58,751 nucleotides of DNA from a virus. Lineage: Duplodnaviria; Caudoviricetes. Position numbers and translations under genes: made by a program. The stretch lies in IMG/VR virus record IMGVR_UViG_3300035190_001906, positions 1 through 58,751 of that record; one strand, written 5' to 3'. Numbering within the stretch: the stretch's first letter is position 1; every line of letters starts with the position of its first letter. Below the pieces are notes generated by a model. It was not told the origin of the DNA. It searched no databases and saw only the letters and a program-made list of their open reading frames with translations. This document shows, piece by piece, positions 44,839 through 54,656 of the stretch.

Positions 44839-47052
44839 ATGACAGATCCTTTGCAACGAACAATGAACGATCTTGGTGTTTTACCTCAAACGCCTGACGG
44901 CGCAGAAAAGATTAGCGTTGTGTTGGCTGAAGAACAACGACTCCAGACGGAATCAAGCGCCTACTACACCTATATTTCCAGAGGGGAACCCGCCTGGGTG
45001 AAACCCCCTGAAGTAATTCGCCGATCTAATACCAATACTTTTGATGTTCGGGGTCAGGCTTACCTACCTATTTTTCCCGCCAATAATCTGCAAATTGATT
45101 TTCCCGTTAACATCCCCTTGTTAAAAGGAAATCCAAATAGCAGTATTGATCGAGAAGATTTTTTATATTTGATTGGAATTGGTGTAGAGGTTGGGGCAGA
45201 ACAAGATCCTGTGTTGGGAGAATTATCTTTCCAGTATCGAGAGCGTAACGAAACAACCCAGGAAATTGAGATTAAGCAAATGACGGGGGAAAACTCCCGT
45301 AGACTTCGGAGTTATGTTTTCGCTATCCTGACCCCTGAGCCATTAACAAAAAAAGACGTTAATGCTATTTTTGATGTCCCCACAACTACCGATTACCCCG
45401 CCCATCATCGGATTACGATTACAAAGCTAGGTGTTGATGGATTTCCCTTGGGACTTTATCATGTCTGGCCGATGGATATTAATTGGAAGCAGGGTAAGTC
45501 TTATATAATTTATCCCGAATATACCGATCCCCTCCCCATTTGTAAGATTAGACGAACTCTTAACTCAAATAGCGGAGGGATAATTGATACAGGCGTTGAT
45601 ATCGTTGATTTAATCCTTCAAGGCAGCCTAACTAAAGATGATTTAGATGTGGTTGTTTGGAAGAAATTAATTGATATTTTTACGGGTTTTGATCAAGCCT
45701 ACAGAAAAGCAGTCTTGAACTTGGGACTGGGAAGTTTTTCAATTAATCCGGCAATGCCAGGTGAAGCTGCGATCGCAACCAATGACAGTAACATGGTTGC
45801 CAATGGTCAACGGATGATTTTCTTTGATCAGGAAATTGCAGATACCTTTTCTGCTTTTAAAGTTAGAGCCGAAAACACAGAAGGCGATCGCCCTCTAGTT
45901 AGCCTGACCTTGCGCCCTAACCTCCCATTTGGAACCCAATTCTCAGAAGGGGGTCACAGGATTTTCGATCTAAAAGGTCAAAACCAAACTAACTTAGGTC
46001 GCTTTACACGATTACAGGGAAGTGTGATTGCTTGGGTGGGTTCCGAAGGTTCGACAATCAAACCAGGCGATGAATGTTATCTGCAACCGTCAATTGTTTA
46101 TCCCGGTGGATCTGGATTCAAGATTCCTTTTAGATCCTGTGAAAAGATTTTCGTTCGTGGCCAAGAACTTCCTAAAGTAAATATTCGGGAAGGAGGGCAG
46201 AATGATATCCAACAATATGAGTCGCCTGCTGGCAATATTCCGTTTATCGTAATTACAGCACGGGAACGGTCAGGGGTTCTCTATATTTACCAAGAAGTTA
46301 TTTTAACCTCATCTTCTGAAGGAATTTTAGCAGTCCCTCCTGAATCTAATGGGGTATTTGCTTTTATTGAAGGTGTTTCTGGTCGAATCAATTCTCCTGT
46401 AGTTACGGGATTACGCCCCAATACCAGTTACCGAACCCTTTGTTACCATCCCCCGATTCCCGAAGAATACTGGCAATTCCTTTTGAATTACCCAAGATAT
46501 TTAGGGACAGGTGAAGCAGGTTTGATTACAGATGCCGAAATCGTCTCAGACCCAATATTTTTCATTCACACACAAGGGGGTGGGAACCTAGTTTTTCGAG
46601 GGGAAGAATCGTTACGATTTTCTCCTATTGCCAAATACCTGCCATCACTAGGCGGACGGTTTCAAATCCCATCATGGGAATTAAAGGGGCCAATTCATTT
46701 AATTAATGAACCCTACCCAGGCCCTATTACTGCGTTGCGTGTCCCTGTTTCCCCTGGTTCCATGATGGTGCAACCTATGGTTGGGCAAAAGCTCAGTTTA
46801 TTTATTGGGACAGAACATCACTTCTTTAGCGATCGCTCTATTCGCGGAACTGTGATGGTTAACGATAAACCCCTGGGGTGGCGTATCCCACACCTTTCCC
46901 ATCAATCCCCCTGTCAGGGAGTGATTTCCTTCTTGATCAAGCAAGATGACAAAATTCGTCTATTTATTGCTTGTCATAATGGGCCTGGAGGAGCGATTGT
47001 TACCTGTGATTCCAGCAAGTCCACTGCGTTTGATTTATTCGACTTAACTTAA
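44839..47052 (+). CDS. Putative baseplate/tail structural protein (737 aa)
   Basis: Beta/Pro/Gly-rich first gene of a tight operon that leads into the fibre genes; no family recognised. Confidence 0.55.
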   Translation: MTDPLQRTMNDLGVLPQTPDGAEKISVVLAEEQRLQTESSAYYTYISRGEPAWVKPPEVIRRSNTNTFDVRGQAYLPIFPANNLQIDFPVNIPLLKGNPNSSIDREDFLYLIGIGVEVGAEQDPVLGELSFQYRERNETTQEIEIKQMTGENSRRLRSYVFAILTPEPLTKKDVNAIFDVPTTTDYPAHHRITITKLGVDGFPLGLYHVWPMDINWKQGKSYIIYPEYTDPLPICKIRRTLNSNSGGIIDTGVDIVDLILQGSLTKDDLDVVVWKKLIDIFTGFDQAYRKAVLNLGLGSFSINPAMPGEAAIATNDSNMVANGQRMIFFDQEIADTFSAFKVRAENTEGDRPLVSLTLRPNLPFGTQFSEGGHRIFDLKGQNQTNLGRFTRLQGSVIAWVGSEGSTIKPGDECYLQPSIVYPGGSGFKIPFRSCEKIFVRGQELPKVNIREGGQNDIQQYESPAGNIPFIVITARERSGVLYIYQEVILTSSSEGILAVPPESNGVFAFIEGVSGRINSPVVTGLRPNTSYRTLCYHPPIPEEYWQFLLNYPRYLGTGEAGLITDAEIVSDPIFFIHTQGGGNLVFRGEESLRFSPIAKYLPSLGGRFQIPSWELKGPIHLINEPYPGPITALRVPVSPGSMMVQPMVGQKLSLFIGTEHHFFSDRSIRGTVMVNDKPLGWRIPHLSHQSPCQGVISFLIKQDDKIRLFIACHNGPGGAIVTCDSSKSTAFDLFDLT

Positions 47053-47054
47053 AA

Positions 47055-48737
47055 ATGAGCAATAAAATTAACTTTGCGATTAAGGGAACGCTCAGAAACC
47101 TGTATAGCAGTCGTGGTTTTGGCAGCCTGTTCCCGACATTTATCCGCCCAACTCCAATCTTTATTGAGCGGGACAATAACAACTCAATAGATTTAATTCC
47201 CATATCTTCTAATGACCCTGCTATTTACCCTGATGGCAGTTTTGCGCTTGCTCCTGGGATTGAAAACTTAATCCCAAATAGCGATCGCTTAAATGCAGAG
47301 GGATGGGTGCGGGGATCTAATGTCTTTGTAAGAAGCAATATTGACAAGGGTTCGGTAGAACTACGTCAAGAAGCTGATGCAATTGTTGTGGGTGCGCGAC
47401 AATCTGGTAATGAAAAAGGGCAAATCTTTCGACGGGTAATTAGCATACCCCACGATAACTCAACCTATACCGCATGGACTCTGTTGAGATTGGGTGATGG
47501 GGTGTTAGGTGCGAATGACGTTTTTCGAGTTGCTTTAGCAGACGGTTCTATCTTGGCTTCGACGAATTTAGAATCTAAATTGGTTCTCAACCAGAACAAC
47601 CCTGTTGACGTTCAATTTAGTTTACCTGCCGACTTAGTATCAATTGGGCAACCTATTGAAATTCACATTGAATGGTACATTGAAAATTCCTGTACCCTTT
47701 ATATAACTGGTTTACAACTAGAAAAACGCGACTTCAGAAGTCTCTTTGTCTATCAAGACAATGAAATCAAGAAGGTCGCGGAATCAATTCTCTATTACCA
47801 ACAATCTCCAATTGAAGGATTGGGGAGTTTTGGGATTTTCTTTCGAGTTGTTGGTTGGCGAGGTAATGGCAATATTATTCAATCGGGAGATGTCAAAATT
47901 TCCCTTGAATCAAACCAATTGGTTGTTACTAAAGGGAATGAGCGTTACCTAATAGAACAAGACTTACCTCAAAAATTCGCCTGCTTTGTTCAGATTGCCA
48001 CTGAAACCCAGTCGATCAATGTTTATATTGATGGAATTTTGGTTTGGAAGCGATCGCTCGGAACCGGAACTTATCGGTTAGCCCCAGGGCCAATGCTTCT
48101 AACTACAAAGGGAGTTAGGGTTTACAGTTTGATTGCCACAACCAATGCCTACCTTGAAGACGGTTTAATTGATGTTGGTCAAGTTGCCCTACGAGAAGTC
48201 GGGGATCTATTTACTAAGTTTTTCATCCCTCCCGAACTCCTAACTTCTGCTCCTCAAAAATTTGTAACAGATTCAGTTAAAATTCCTGCATCTCAAGTAG
48301 ATGCGGTAACAGGAATGGTTGCCCCTGGGTATGCGGAAGTCCGGTTTCCGTTCCGTGCCATAGATCCAGTTGTCATCGAAGAATTAATCCCAGCAAGTAA
48401 CGCGATTCGAGTAACATCAAGTATTTCTTTTATTGAAGGAAATGCTTATGTGCGATCGCCGGATGGTAGAAATATTCGGACAGTTAGAGTTGCAGGGATT
48501 AACCCCGTCAATAAACTAATCTACCTAAGCACACTGGAATTATTGGAAGTTGGGATGATTATTGCCCAGCCAACTCCTTCGGGGGAAACCTTGATTCCAA
48601 CTGATAATTATCGAGTAGAATTCTTGCATCCCGTTCCCGGTGTTAAAGTATTTTTACTAGCTACAGATGGGATTGCACTGAGAAACAATAATCCCCATCC
48701 CGTAACCGTTGTTCCTATGTTGGTTGTAGTCCTATGA
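47055..48737 (+). CDS. Putative tail protein with carbohydrate-binding/ConA-LamG-like domains
   Basis: ENLIPNS..., LYITGLQLE and INVYIDG patterns typical of CBM/LamG modules in tail proteins. Confidence 0.55.
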   Translation: MSNKINFAIKGTLRNLYSSRGFGSLFPTFIRPTPIFIERDNNNSIDLIPISSNDPAIYPDGSFALAPGIENLIPNSDRLNAEGWVRGSNVFVRSNIDKGSVELRQEADAIVVGARQSGNEKGQIFRRVISIPHDNSTYTAWTLLRLGDGVLGANDVFRVALADGSILASTNLESKLVLNQNNPVDVQFSLPADLVSIGQPIEIHIEWYIENSCTLYITGLQLEKRDFRSLFVYQDNEIKKVAESILYYQQSPIEGLGSFGIFFRVVGWRGNGNIIQSGDVKISLESNQLVVTKGNERYLIEQDLPQKFACFVQIATETQSINVYIDGILVWKRSLGTGTYRLAPGPMLLTTKGVRVYSLIATTNAYLEDGLIDVGQVALREVGDLFTKFFIPPELLTSAPQKFVTDSVKIPASQVDAVTGMVAPGYAEVRFPFRAIDPVVIEELIPASNAIRVTSSISFIEGNAYVRSPDGRNIRTVRVAGINPVNKLIYLSTLELLEVGMIIAQPTPSGETLIPTDNYRVEFLHPVPGVKVFLLATDGIALRNNNPHPVTVVPMLVVVL

Positions 48738-49114
48738 GCAGTTACTCTAACCCCGTTTATTATCCCCTGGATTTTCCCCAAGAAAATCTACTGCCCGATC
48801 CTTCCGATCTTCTCAATCACCTAGAAGAACGTTGGTCGGATACCCAACTCCAATTCCTTGCAGCCCAACAAAAAGCCGAAAAAGCTTTGATTGCGGCTGC
48901 CAACACGAATTTAATTAAGTTAGAACGACTACCATCTCCACTGACTGCGATTAGTGTTGACGAGTTACTGTCTGGGACGGAATTGGTTACAATGGCTCAA
49001 TACAATGAGTTACTAGCAAGTCTTACTTGCTTAGCTGCCCATATTCAGTCTTGGCAGTCGGCAACGTTAGAGCCTATAGTCCCGAATAGTGTAGTCGCGC
49101 CTTGTAGCGACTAA
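48734..49114 (+). CDS. Hypothetical protein
   Basis: ATGA overlap with the upstream gene. Confidence 0.65.
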   Translation: MSSYSNPVYYPLDFPQENLLPDPSDLLNHLEERWSDTQLQFLAAQQKAEKALIAAANTNLIKLERLPSPLTAISVDELLSGTELVTMAQYNELLASLTCLAAHIQSWQSATLEPIVPNSVVAPCSD

Positions 49115-49146
49115 CAAAAACTAGACTTGTCATCTTATTCTGGAGG

Positions 49147-49229
49147 TGCTATGATTTAGATAACTGAAGCACCATTCAATTCAATATTCGACCCAAAACC
49201 CCTGGAGAATTAATTTTCCAGGGGTTTTG
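49147..49229 (+). promoter_or_regulatory. Extended -10 (TGcTATGAT) plus variant CCCAAAACCCC hairpin
   Basis: Stem 49194-49209/49214-49229; same layout as the CCTAAAACGGG elements. Confidence 0.5.
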
Positions 49230-49245
49230 CTGTTTGAGGAGATTT

Positions 49246-49680
49246 ATGCCATTACCTTGTGAATTACCTCTTTCTGGCTACTCTAGTAATCCAGTTTCTT
49301 TGCCGGGTGCGATCGCAGCCCTTTCCGCTCAGGTCACTTCTACTCTTTTGGAGGTTCGACAAGAAATTGGGGAGCTAAAGTGTGAATTTATTGAAGTGCG
49401 GGGATTGGCAATCGAATTGGCTGCTTCCTTGATCAAAGAACAAACTCAGAAAGTCAAGTATTTATTTGATCAACGGAGTGAATCTGATATTGAAAACAGA
49501 AAACGACAAGAAATAATTTGTCAGTTTGCAGTTTCAGCTATCAAAGAACAAACCCAAAAAGTCAAATATTTGTTCGATCAACGGAATGAAACTGATATTG
49601 AAATCAGAAAACGACAAGAATTAATTTGCTCGTTTGCTGCTTCAATTATTAGAACTCAAGCAATCTTAATTGTAAATTAA
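49246..49680 (+). CDS. Coiled-coil protein with a tandem 36-aa repeat
   Basis: GAGGAG RBS before ATG at 49246; IKEQTQKVKYLFDQR...RKRQE.IC.FA twice (49432-49539 and 49540-49647). Confidence 0.7.
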   Translation: MPLPCELPLSGYSSNPVSLPGAIAALSAQVTSTLLEVRQEIGELKCEFIEVRGLAIELAASLIKEQTQKVKYLFDQRSESDIENRKRQEIICQFAVSAIKEQTQKVKYLFDQRNETDIEIRKRQELICSFAASIIRTQAILIVN

Positions 49681-49701
49681 AACTATCTTACAGAAATTAT
49701 C

Positions 49702-50898
49702 ATGACATTAGAACAACAAGTAGCATCCTTAGTTACCGCAACAACAGATTTAACTACTGTTGTTAATACAGAATTAAATAATGTTAGAACAGAAAATGCA
49801 GTCTTCAAAGAGACGGTAATATCAAAGCCTGCGACTGCTACCAATAATTGCTTTGCCTTATTTGATAGCACAACCAGAGGACTCAAGCAATCATCGTCTT
49901 ATATTAATGATTCAGGGTTTATGATCTTAGGCGGTCAGCTTGTTGTTGGAAACAAAGGCAATAATTCTTTTATTATAATGGGTGATGGTAATCCCGGCGT
50001 GAATACTATCATGCCAGGGCAGCACAATATAATACTAGGGAACAGTAATAGTTTTACATCCAATACCACTGGTGGTTATAACGTTGGTATAGGTGCTAAC
50101 AATTTTTCGTCTAATACCACAGGAAGTCAAAATACTGGGGTTGGCACATTGGCACTCAGGGCAAATACAGCAGGAGAAAACAATGTTGCTGTTGGAATGT
50201 ATTCGTTAACTACAAACACCATTGGATATAATAATGTGGCAATAGGGGTGTTGTCTTTATCTCAAAATACAGAAGGGAATAATAATACTGCTGTAGGTTT
50301 TGGTTCTTTAAATCAAAATGGATTAACTAACTGTACTGGAATAGGATATGGTGCGGCAGTTAGTGGATCGAATCAAGTCCAATTGGGAGATTCTTCGACA
50401 ACAACTTATGTATTCGGAACTGTTCAGAACCGTTCGGATGTTCGAGATAAAACAGATGTTCGGAATACGATTTTAGGTTTGGATTTTATAAAATCCCTCA
50501 GACCCGTTGATTACCGATGGGATATGCGAGAAGATTACAAACCTGTCGCACCGCAAGATCCGGGTATAGATGCTACAGATGAACAGAAAGCAAGATATCA
50601 ATCTGATATAAAAACCTGGTTAGAAAATTGTAAATTAAAAAATATTACTCACAATGGAACAAAAAAACGGAATCGCTTCCATCATGGTTTGATTGCTCAA
50701 GAAGTAAAGGCAGTTTTAACTCAAAAAGGAATTGATTTTGGGGGGTATCAAGATCATTCTATATCTGGTGGGGATGATGTTTTGAGTTTAGGTTACGACC
50801 AATTTATTGCTCCACTAATTAAAGCGGTTCAAGAATTATCCGCGCAAAATGAAGCGTTAATCGCCAGAATTTCGGTATTAGAAAGCAATCTTAAATAG
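49702..50898 (+). CDS. Tail fibre/spike with beta-roll repeats and C-terminal Peptidase_S74 intramolecular chaperone
   Basis: 14-aa NTTG..N.AVG..AL repeats; SDVRDK...LRPVDYRW...HGLIAQEV...YDQFIAPLIKAVQEL. Confidence 0.9.
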   Translation: MTLEQQVASLVTATTDLTTVVNTELNNVRTENAVFKETVISKPATATNNCFALFDSTTRGLKQSSSYINDSGFMILGGQLVVGNKGNNSFIIMGDGNPGVNTIMPGQHNIILGNSNSFTSNTTGGYNVGIGANNFSSNTTGSQNTGVGTLALRANTAGENNVAVGMYSLTTNTIGYNNVAIGVLSLSQNTEGNNNTAVGFGSLNQNGLTNCTGIGYGAAVSGSNQVQLGDSSTTTYVFGTVQNRSDVRDKTDVRNTILGLDFIKSLRPVDYRWDMREDYKPVAPQDPGIDATDEQKARYQSDIKTWLENCKLKNITHNGTKKRNRFHHGLIAQEVKAVLTQKGIDFGGYQDHSISGGDDVLSLGYDQFIAPLIKAVQELSAQNEALIARISVLESNLK

Positions 50899-50907
50899 GA
50901 TTCTTGT

Positions 50908-51768
50908 ATGCCACGTCTTGCTTCTGATTTAGATGCCAATGATAACCGAATTAGTAATCTTGCGATCGCATCCCAACCCGCCGATGCTGTCCGATTAGAT
51001 TACATAACAGCACTAGAAGCCCGATTGGAATCCGCACAAATTCAGATGTTGAATTATGTTCAACTTCTGAATGCTGTTAATCAGGAAATCCAGGCTTTAA
51101 AAGCAACAATTTCCCAACAGAACAAAAAAGCACCTGTTGTTCTAGCAATAACAGAACCCATCAGTATTCAGACGGGTGGGCAGATTGCTGTTCAGGGTGT
51201 GGGTTTAGTGGTGGGCGATCGCGTTTTACTAACAGCTAACGGTGCAAACAATGGCATTTATGTCGTAGCAAATGGGGCGTGGCAACGAGCTATTGATGCC
51301 AACGAACCTTCTGAATTTCCAAGTATGGAAATCGAAGTAATGGAAGGTGATTATCCTGGTGTCTGGAAACTCACCAATGCGCCTAACCCGATTGTTCTAG
51401 GAGTGAGTGTTCTTACCTTTGAACGAGTAAGCAGCACCTTTGCAATCCTTCCGGTTTGTAAGGGTGGGACGGGCGCAGACAACCCAAGAACTGCTCGTAA
51501 AAATCTCGGATGTGTGGAACAAATTTCTTTTGATTTTGTTGGGGACGGGATCGAAACATCTTTTCTTTTTCAACACAATCTAGGTCAATTGTATCCATTT
51601 GTTAAGGTCTTTGATCGGACTCACCCTCAATCAACAATTTTTGCTGAGGAGTATCCGATTGACGAAAATACTATCCGAGTTGAATTTTCTGCTCCTCCTG
51701 CTCTTAACTCAATTGCGGTTTCGATTTTAGGAGCAGTGAGTCCATCCTACAACAATTGTTTTACCTAA
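50908..51768 (+). CDS. Tail fibre-related protein (COG5301-like domain plus HNLG C-terminal domain)
   Basis: GDRVLLT...NGIYVV...WQRAIDA; C-terminal QHNLG.LYP.V.V. Confidence 0.75.
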   Translation: MPRLASDLDANDNRISNLAIASQPADAVRLDYITALEARLESAQIQMLNYVQLLNAVNQEIQALKATISQQNKKAPVVLAITEPISIQTGGQIAVQGVGLVVGDRVLLTANGANNGIYVVANGAWQRAIDANEPSEFPSMEIEVMEGDYPGVWKLTNAPNPIVLGVSVLTFERVSSTFAILPVCKGGTGADNPRTARKNLGCVEQISFDFVGDGIETSFLFQHNLGQLYPFVKVFDRTHPQSTIFAEEYPIDENTIRVEFSAPPALNSIAVSILGAVSPSYNNCFT

Positions 51769-51783
51769 GTTTAAGGAAGATAT

Positions 51784-52689
51784 ATGGCTATTTTATTTCA
51801 GAACAGTGTTGATATGTCTAGCAACCCCATTGTGGGAGTTGTTGATTCCATTGATCCTACTTCTGCGATCACAAAAACAAAATTAGACACTGAAACTGGC
51901 ATCCTTCAAACTGGTATTGACACTGTTGATGGTCGTGTTGATACCGTTGAAACCAACTTATCTAATGCGATCGCAACTTTAGAAGCACAAGTTCAAGCTG
52001 CTGTTAACAACCGCGATTTTAAGGACTCCGTTCAAGTTGCTGCGACCGCTAATGTGAACTTAGCTTCTGGCGTAGCATTAATCGGAACTGCTATTCAAGG
52101 TGTTACCTTGAGTGCCGGAGTTCGGGTTTTGCTAACCGCCCAAACTGACGCATCTCAGAATGGTATTTATGTGGTTGCAGCCGGAGTTGGTTTGCAACGT
52201 TCGGAAGATGCCAATGCCGATTCTGAAGTTACTAACGGGATGCTGATTGGTGTCACCGGAGGCGATTTACTGAATCAAGTGGTTTGGATGCTGATTACAG
52301 CAGACGCAATTTCCCTTGGAACCACTGAATTAACCTTTCAGAAGTTTCGTTCAATTCACGATTTATCCGTTGCCAGTGCAACGGGACTGGAATTGACTGG
52401 AGGAGGCGTTCTTCAATACGCCAGTGTTGCTCAAGCTCGTAAAACCTTGGGTGCTGCCGAAGAATATTCTGCTTTAATTGGCAACGGCGTGGATACAACC
52501 TATACCGTTACTCATAACTTAAACACTGACTTAGCTGCCATGCCTGCCCTGATTCGTGTGTCTGACGGTGAGTTTGCTCAAGCACAAATTAAACGAGTGT
52601 CTGCTAATGCAGTTTCAGTAACCTTTGGTTCTGCTCCTGCCTCTAACGCATACAAACTTGTGATGGTCGCTGTTAATAAAGCCGCGTAA
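51784..52689 (+). CDS. Tail fibre-related protein (paralogue of the previous gene)
   Basis: KDSVQVAATAN...RVLLTAQTDASQNGIYVV...RSEDANADSEV; C-terminal THNLNT. Confidence 0.75.
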   Translation: MAILFQNSVDMSSNPIVGVVDSIDPTSAITKTKLDTETGILQTGIDTVDGRVDTVETNLSNAIATLEAQVQAAVNNRDFKDSVQVAATANVNLASGVALIGTAIQGVTLSAGVRVLLTAQTDASQNGIYVVAAGVGLQRSEDANADSEVTNGMLIGVTGGDLLNQVVWMLITADAISLGTTELTFQKFRSIHDLSVASATGLELTGGGVLQYASVAQARKTLGAAEEYSALIGNGVDTTYTVTHNLNTDLAAMPALIRVSDGEFAQAQIKRVSANAVSVTFGSAPASNAYKLVMVAVNKAA

Positions 52690-52764
52690 TTAGTTCTGGA
52701 TATATATTTCAAGAATTTGACCAGAAAACTTAGTCAAATTCTTGGAATAAAACAGGTGAAACTT

Positions 52765-52977
52765 ATGTCAATTAGAGTTTTATCGAACCTAGATTTAAGT
52801 CAAAATACAATTCTCAATGTCTCCCAGGGGACTGATCCAAATAATGTAGTAACAATCGCTAAATTGCAGGAAGAATTGAACAAAAAAGCTGATATTATTC
52901 ACACTCATGAAATTGGAGACGTAAATAATATTGAGTTTTATTTAACACACCAAACATTAGACGGAGGATTACTTTAA
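52765..52977 (+). CDS. Short fibre-associated protein
   Basis: Likely start MSIRVL; LDLSQNTILNV...KADIIHTHEIGDV...LDGG shares modules with neighbouring fibre genes. Confidence 0.6.
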   Translation: MSIRVLSNLDLSQNTILNVSQGTDPNNVVTIAKLQEELNKKADIIHTHEIGDVNNIEFYLTHQTLDGGLL

Positions 52978-52979
52978 TT

Positions 52980-54656
52980 ATGCCGAATACAATTCTTCTA
53001 AAGCGGGGGACGACCGCAAAGAACGATGTTTATACGGGTCAATCGGGAGAAATTACTGTTGACACAGATGTTAAAAACGTTCGCGTACACGATGGGACAA
53101 CTCCAGGGGGAACAGCTTTAGCAAAAGCAACCCACGTTCACGCGATCGCTGACGTTTCTAACTTGACAGTTTCTTTAGCTGGTAAAGCTGATGCAATTCA
53201 CTCCCATAGTGATGCAACAACAGGAGTATCGGGATTTTTATCTGCTTCTGATAAATCGAAGATTGATGGGATTGCAGTAAACGCCAACAATTATGTTCAC
53301 CCAACGACAGATGGTAGCCTCCATGTCCCAGCAACAGGAACAGGTAATAATCTCAAGGTTCTAAAGGCTGGCGCAACAGCAGGATCGATTACCTGGGGAG
53401 ATGTTGCGTTTGCGGAAGTAGCAAGTAAGCCCACAACACTGGCCGGATATGGGATTGCGGATGCCGCACCATTAGCATCCCCCGCATTGACGGGAACCCC
53501 CACTGCCCCTACTGCTACTGTCGGGACAAATACAACTCAATTAGCAACAACGGCTTTTGTCCAAGCCGCGACTGACGCTGCTCGACAGGGATTAAGCGTA
53601 AAAGATGCGACTAGAGTTGCTACAACTGCTAATTTAACTGCATCCTACGCTTCTCAGATTCTTACAAATACCGGAACATTAGCTGCTCTGGTACTAGATG
53701 GGGTAACTTTAGCCCTTAATGATCGAGTTTTAGTTAAAGATCAAACCACCGCTAGTCAGAATGGAATTTACATCGTAACAGCAGTGGGTTCGGGAGCAGT
53801 TGCCTGGACTTTAACCCGTGCTACTGATGCGAATTTAAGTAGTGAATTGCCTACGGGAACTTTTGCCTTTGTCTCAGAAGGGACTACTAATGCAGATGCG
53901 GGATTTGTTTTAGCGACAAATGCTCCAATTACTCTTGATACCACTGCTTTAGCTTGGACTCAATTTAGTGGTGCTGGACAAATCACTGCGGGTACAGGTT
54001 TAACTAAGACCGGAAACTCAATTGATGTTGGTACAGCTTCCACAGGCCGAATTGTAGTTAATCCTGATAATATCGATCTAGCCACAACTGGGATTGCAGG
54101 AGGAACCTATCGCTCTTTAACTATTGATACCTATGGTCGAGCGACGGCAGGAACCAACCCCACGACATTAGCTGGATATGGGATTACGGATGCTGCGCCA
54201 TTGGCATCCCCCGCATTAACAGGAACCCCAACCGCTCCTACTGCTACTGTAGCGACAAATACGACTCAATTAGCAACAACGGCTTTTGTTCAATCAGCAG
54301 TAGGACAAATCACTGCTGGTACAGGTTTAACTAAGACCGGAAACTCAATTGATGTTGGTACAGCTTCCACAGGCCGAATTGTAGTTAATCCTGATAATAT
54401 CGATCTAGCCACAACTGGGATTGCAGGAGGAACCTATCGCTCTTTAACTATTGATACCTATGGTCGAGCGACGGCAGGAACCAACCCCACGACATTAGCT
54501 GGATATGGGATTACGGATGCCGCACCATTGGCATCACCCGCATTAACAGGAACCCCAACCGCTCCTACTGCTACTGTAGCGACAAATACGACTCAATTAG
54601 CAACAACGGCTTTTGTTCAAGCTGCGATCAGCGTTATTGATGGGGGAGTCATGTAA
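52980..54656 (+). CDS. Tail fibre protein (Mtd_N-like N-terminus, HxH shaft repeats, COG5301-like domain)
   Basis: LKRGTT...GEITVDTD...VHDG.T.GG; repeats of PTTLAGYGITDAAPLASPALTGTPTAPT. Confidence 0.88.
   Translation: MPNTILLKRGTTAKNDVYTGQSGEITVDTDVKNVRVHDGTTPGGTALAKATHVHAIADVSNLTVSLAGKADAIHSHSDATTGVSGFLSASDKSKIDGIAVNANNYVHPTTDGSLHVPATGTGNNLKVLKAGATAGSITWGDVAFAEVASKPTTLAGYGIADAAPLASPALTGTPTAPTATVGTNTTQLATTAFVQAATDAARQGLSVKDATRVATTANLTASYASQILTNTGTLAALVLDGVTLALNDRVLVKDQTTASQNGIYIVTAVGSGAVAWTLTRATDANLSSELPTGTFAFVSEGTTNADAGFVLATNAPITLDTTALAWTQFSGAGQITAGTGLTKTGNSIDVGTASTGRIVVNPDNIDLATTGIAGGTYRSLTIDTYGRATAGTNPTTLAGYGITDAAPLASPALTGTPTAPTATVATNTTQLATTAFVQSAVGQITAGTGLTKTGNSIDVGTASTGRIVVNPDNIDLATTGIAGGTYRSLTIDTYGRATAGTNPTTLAGYGITDAAPLASPALTGTPTAPTATVATNTTQLATTAFVQAAISVIDGGVM
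53976..54620 (+). repeat. Near-perfect tandem duplication with 327-bp (109-aa) period in the tail fibre gene
   Basis: 53976-54293 versus 54303-54620, four synonymous differences seen; partial older copy at about 53430-53563. Confidence 0.95.

Noticed and set aside
53976-54620. Near-identical repeats in an Mtd_N-containing fibre gene as a diversity-generating retroelement TR/VR pair
   Set aside because: Both copies are in frame within one gene, the four differences are synonymous and not adenine-specific, and there is no reverse transcriptase in the window.
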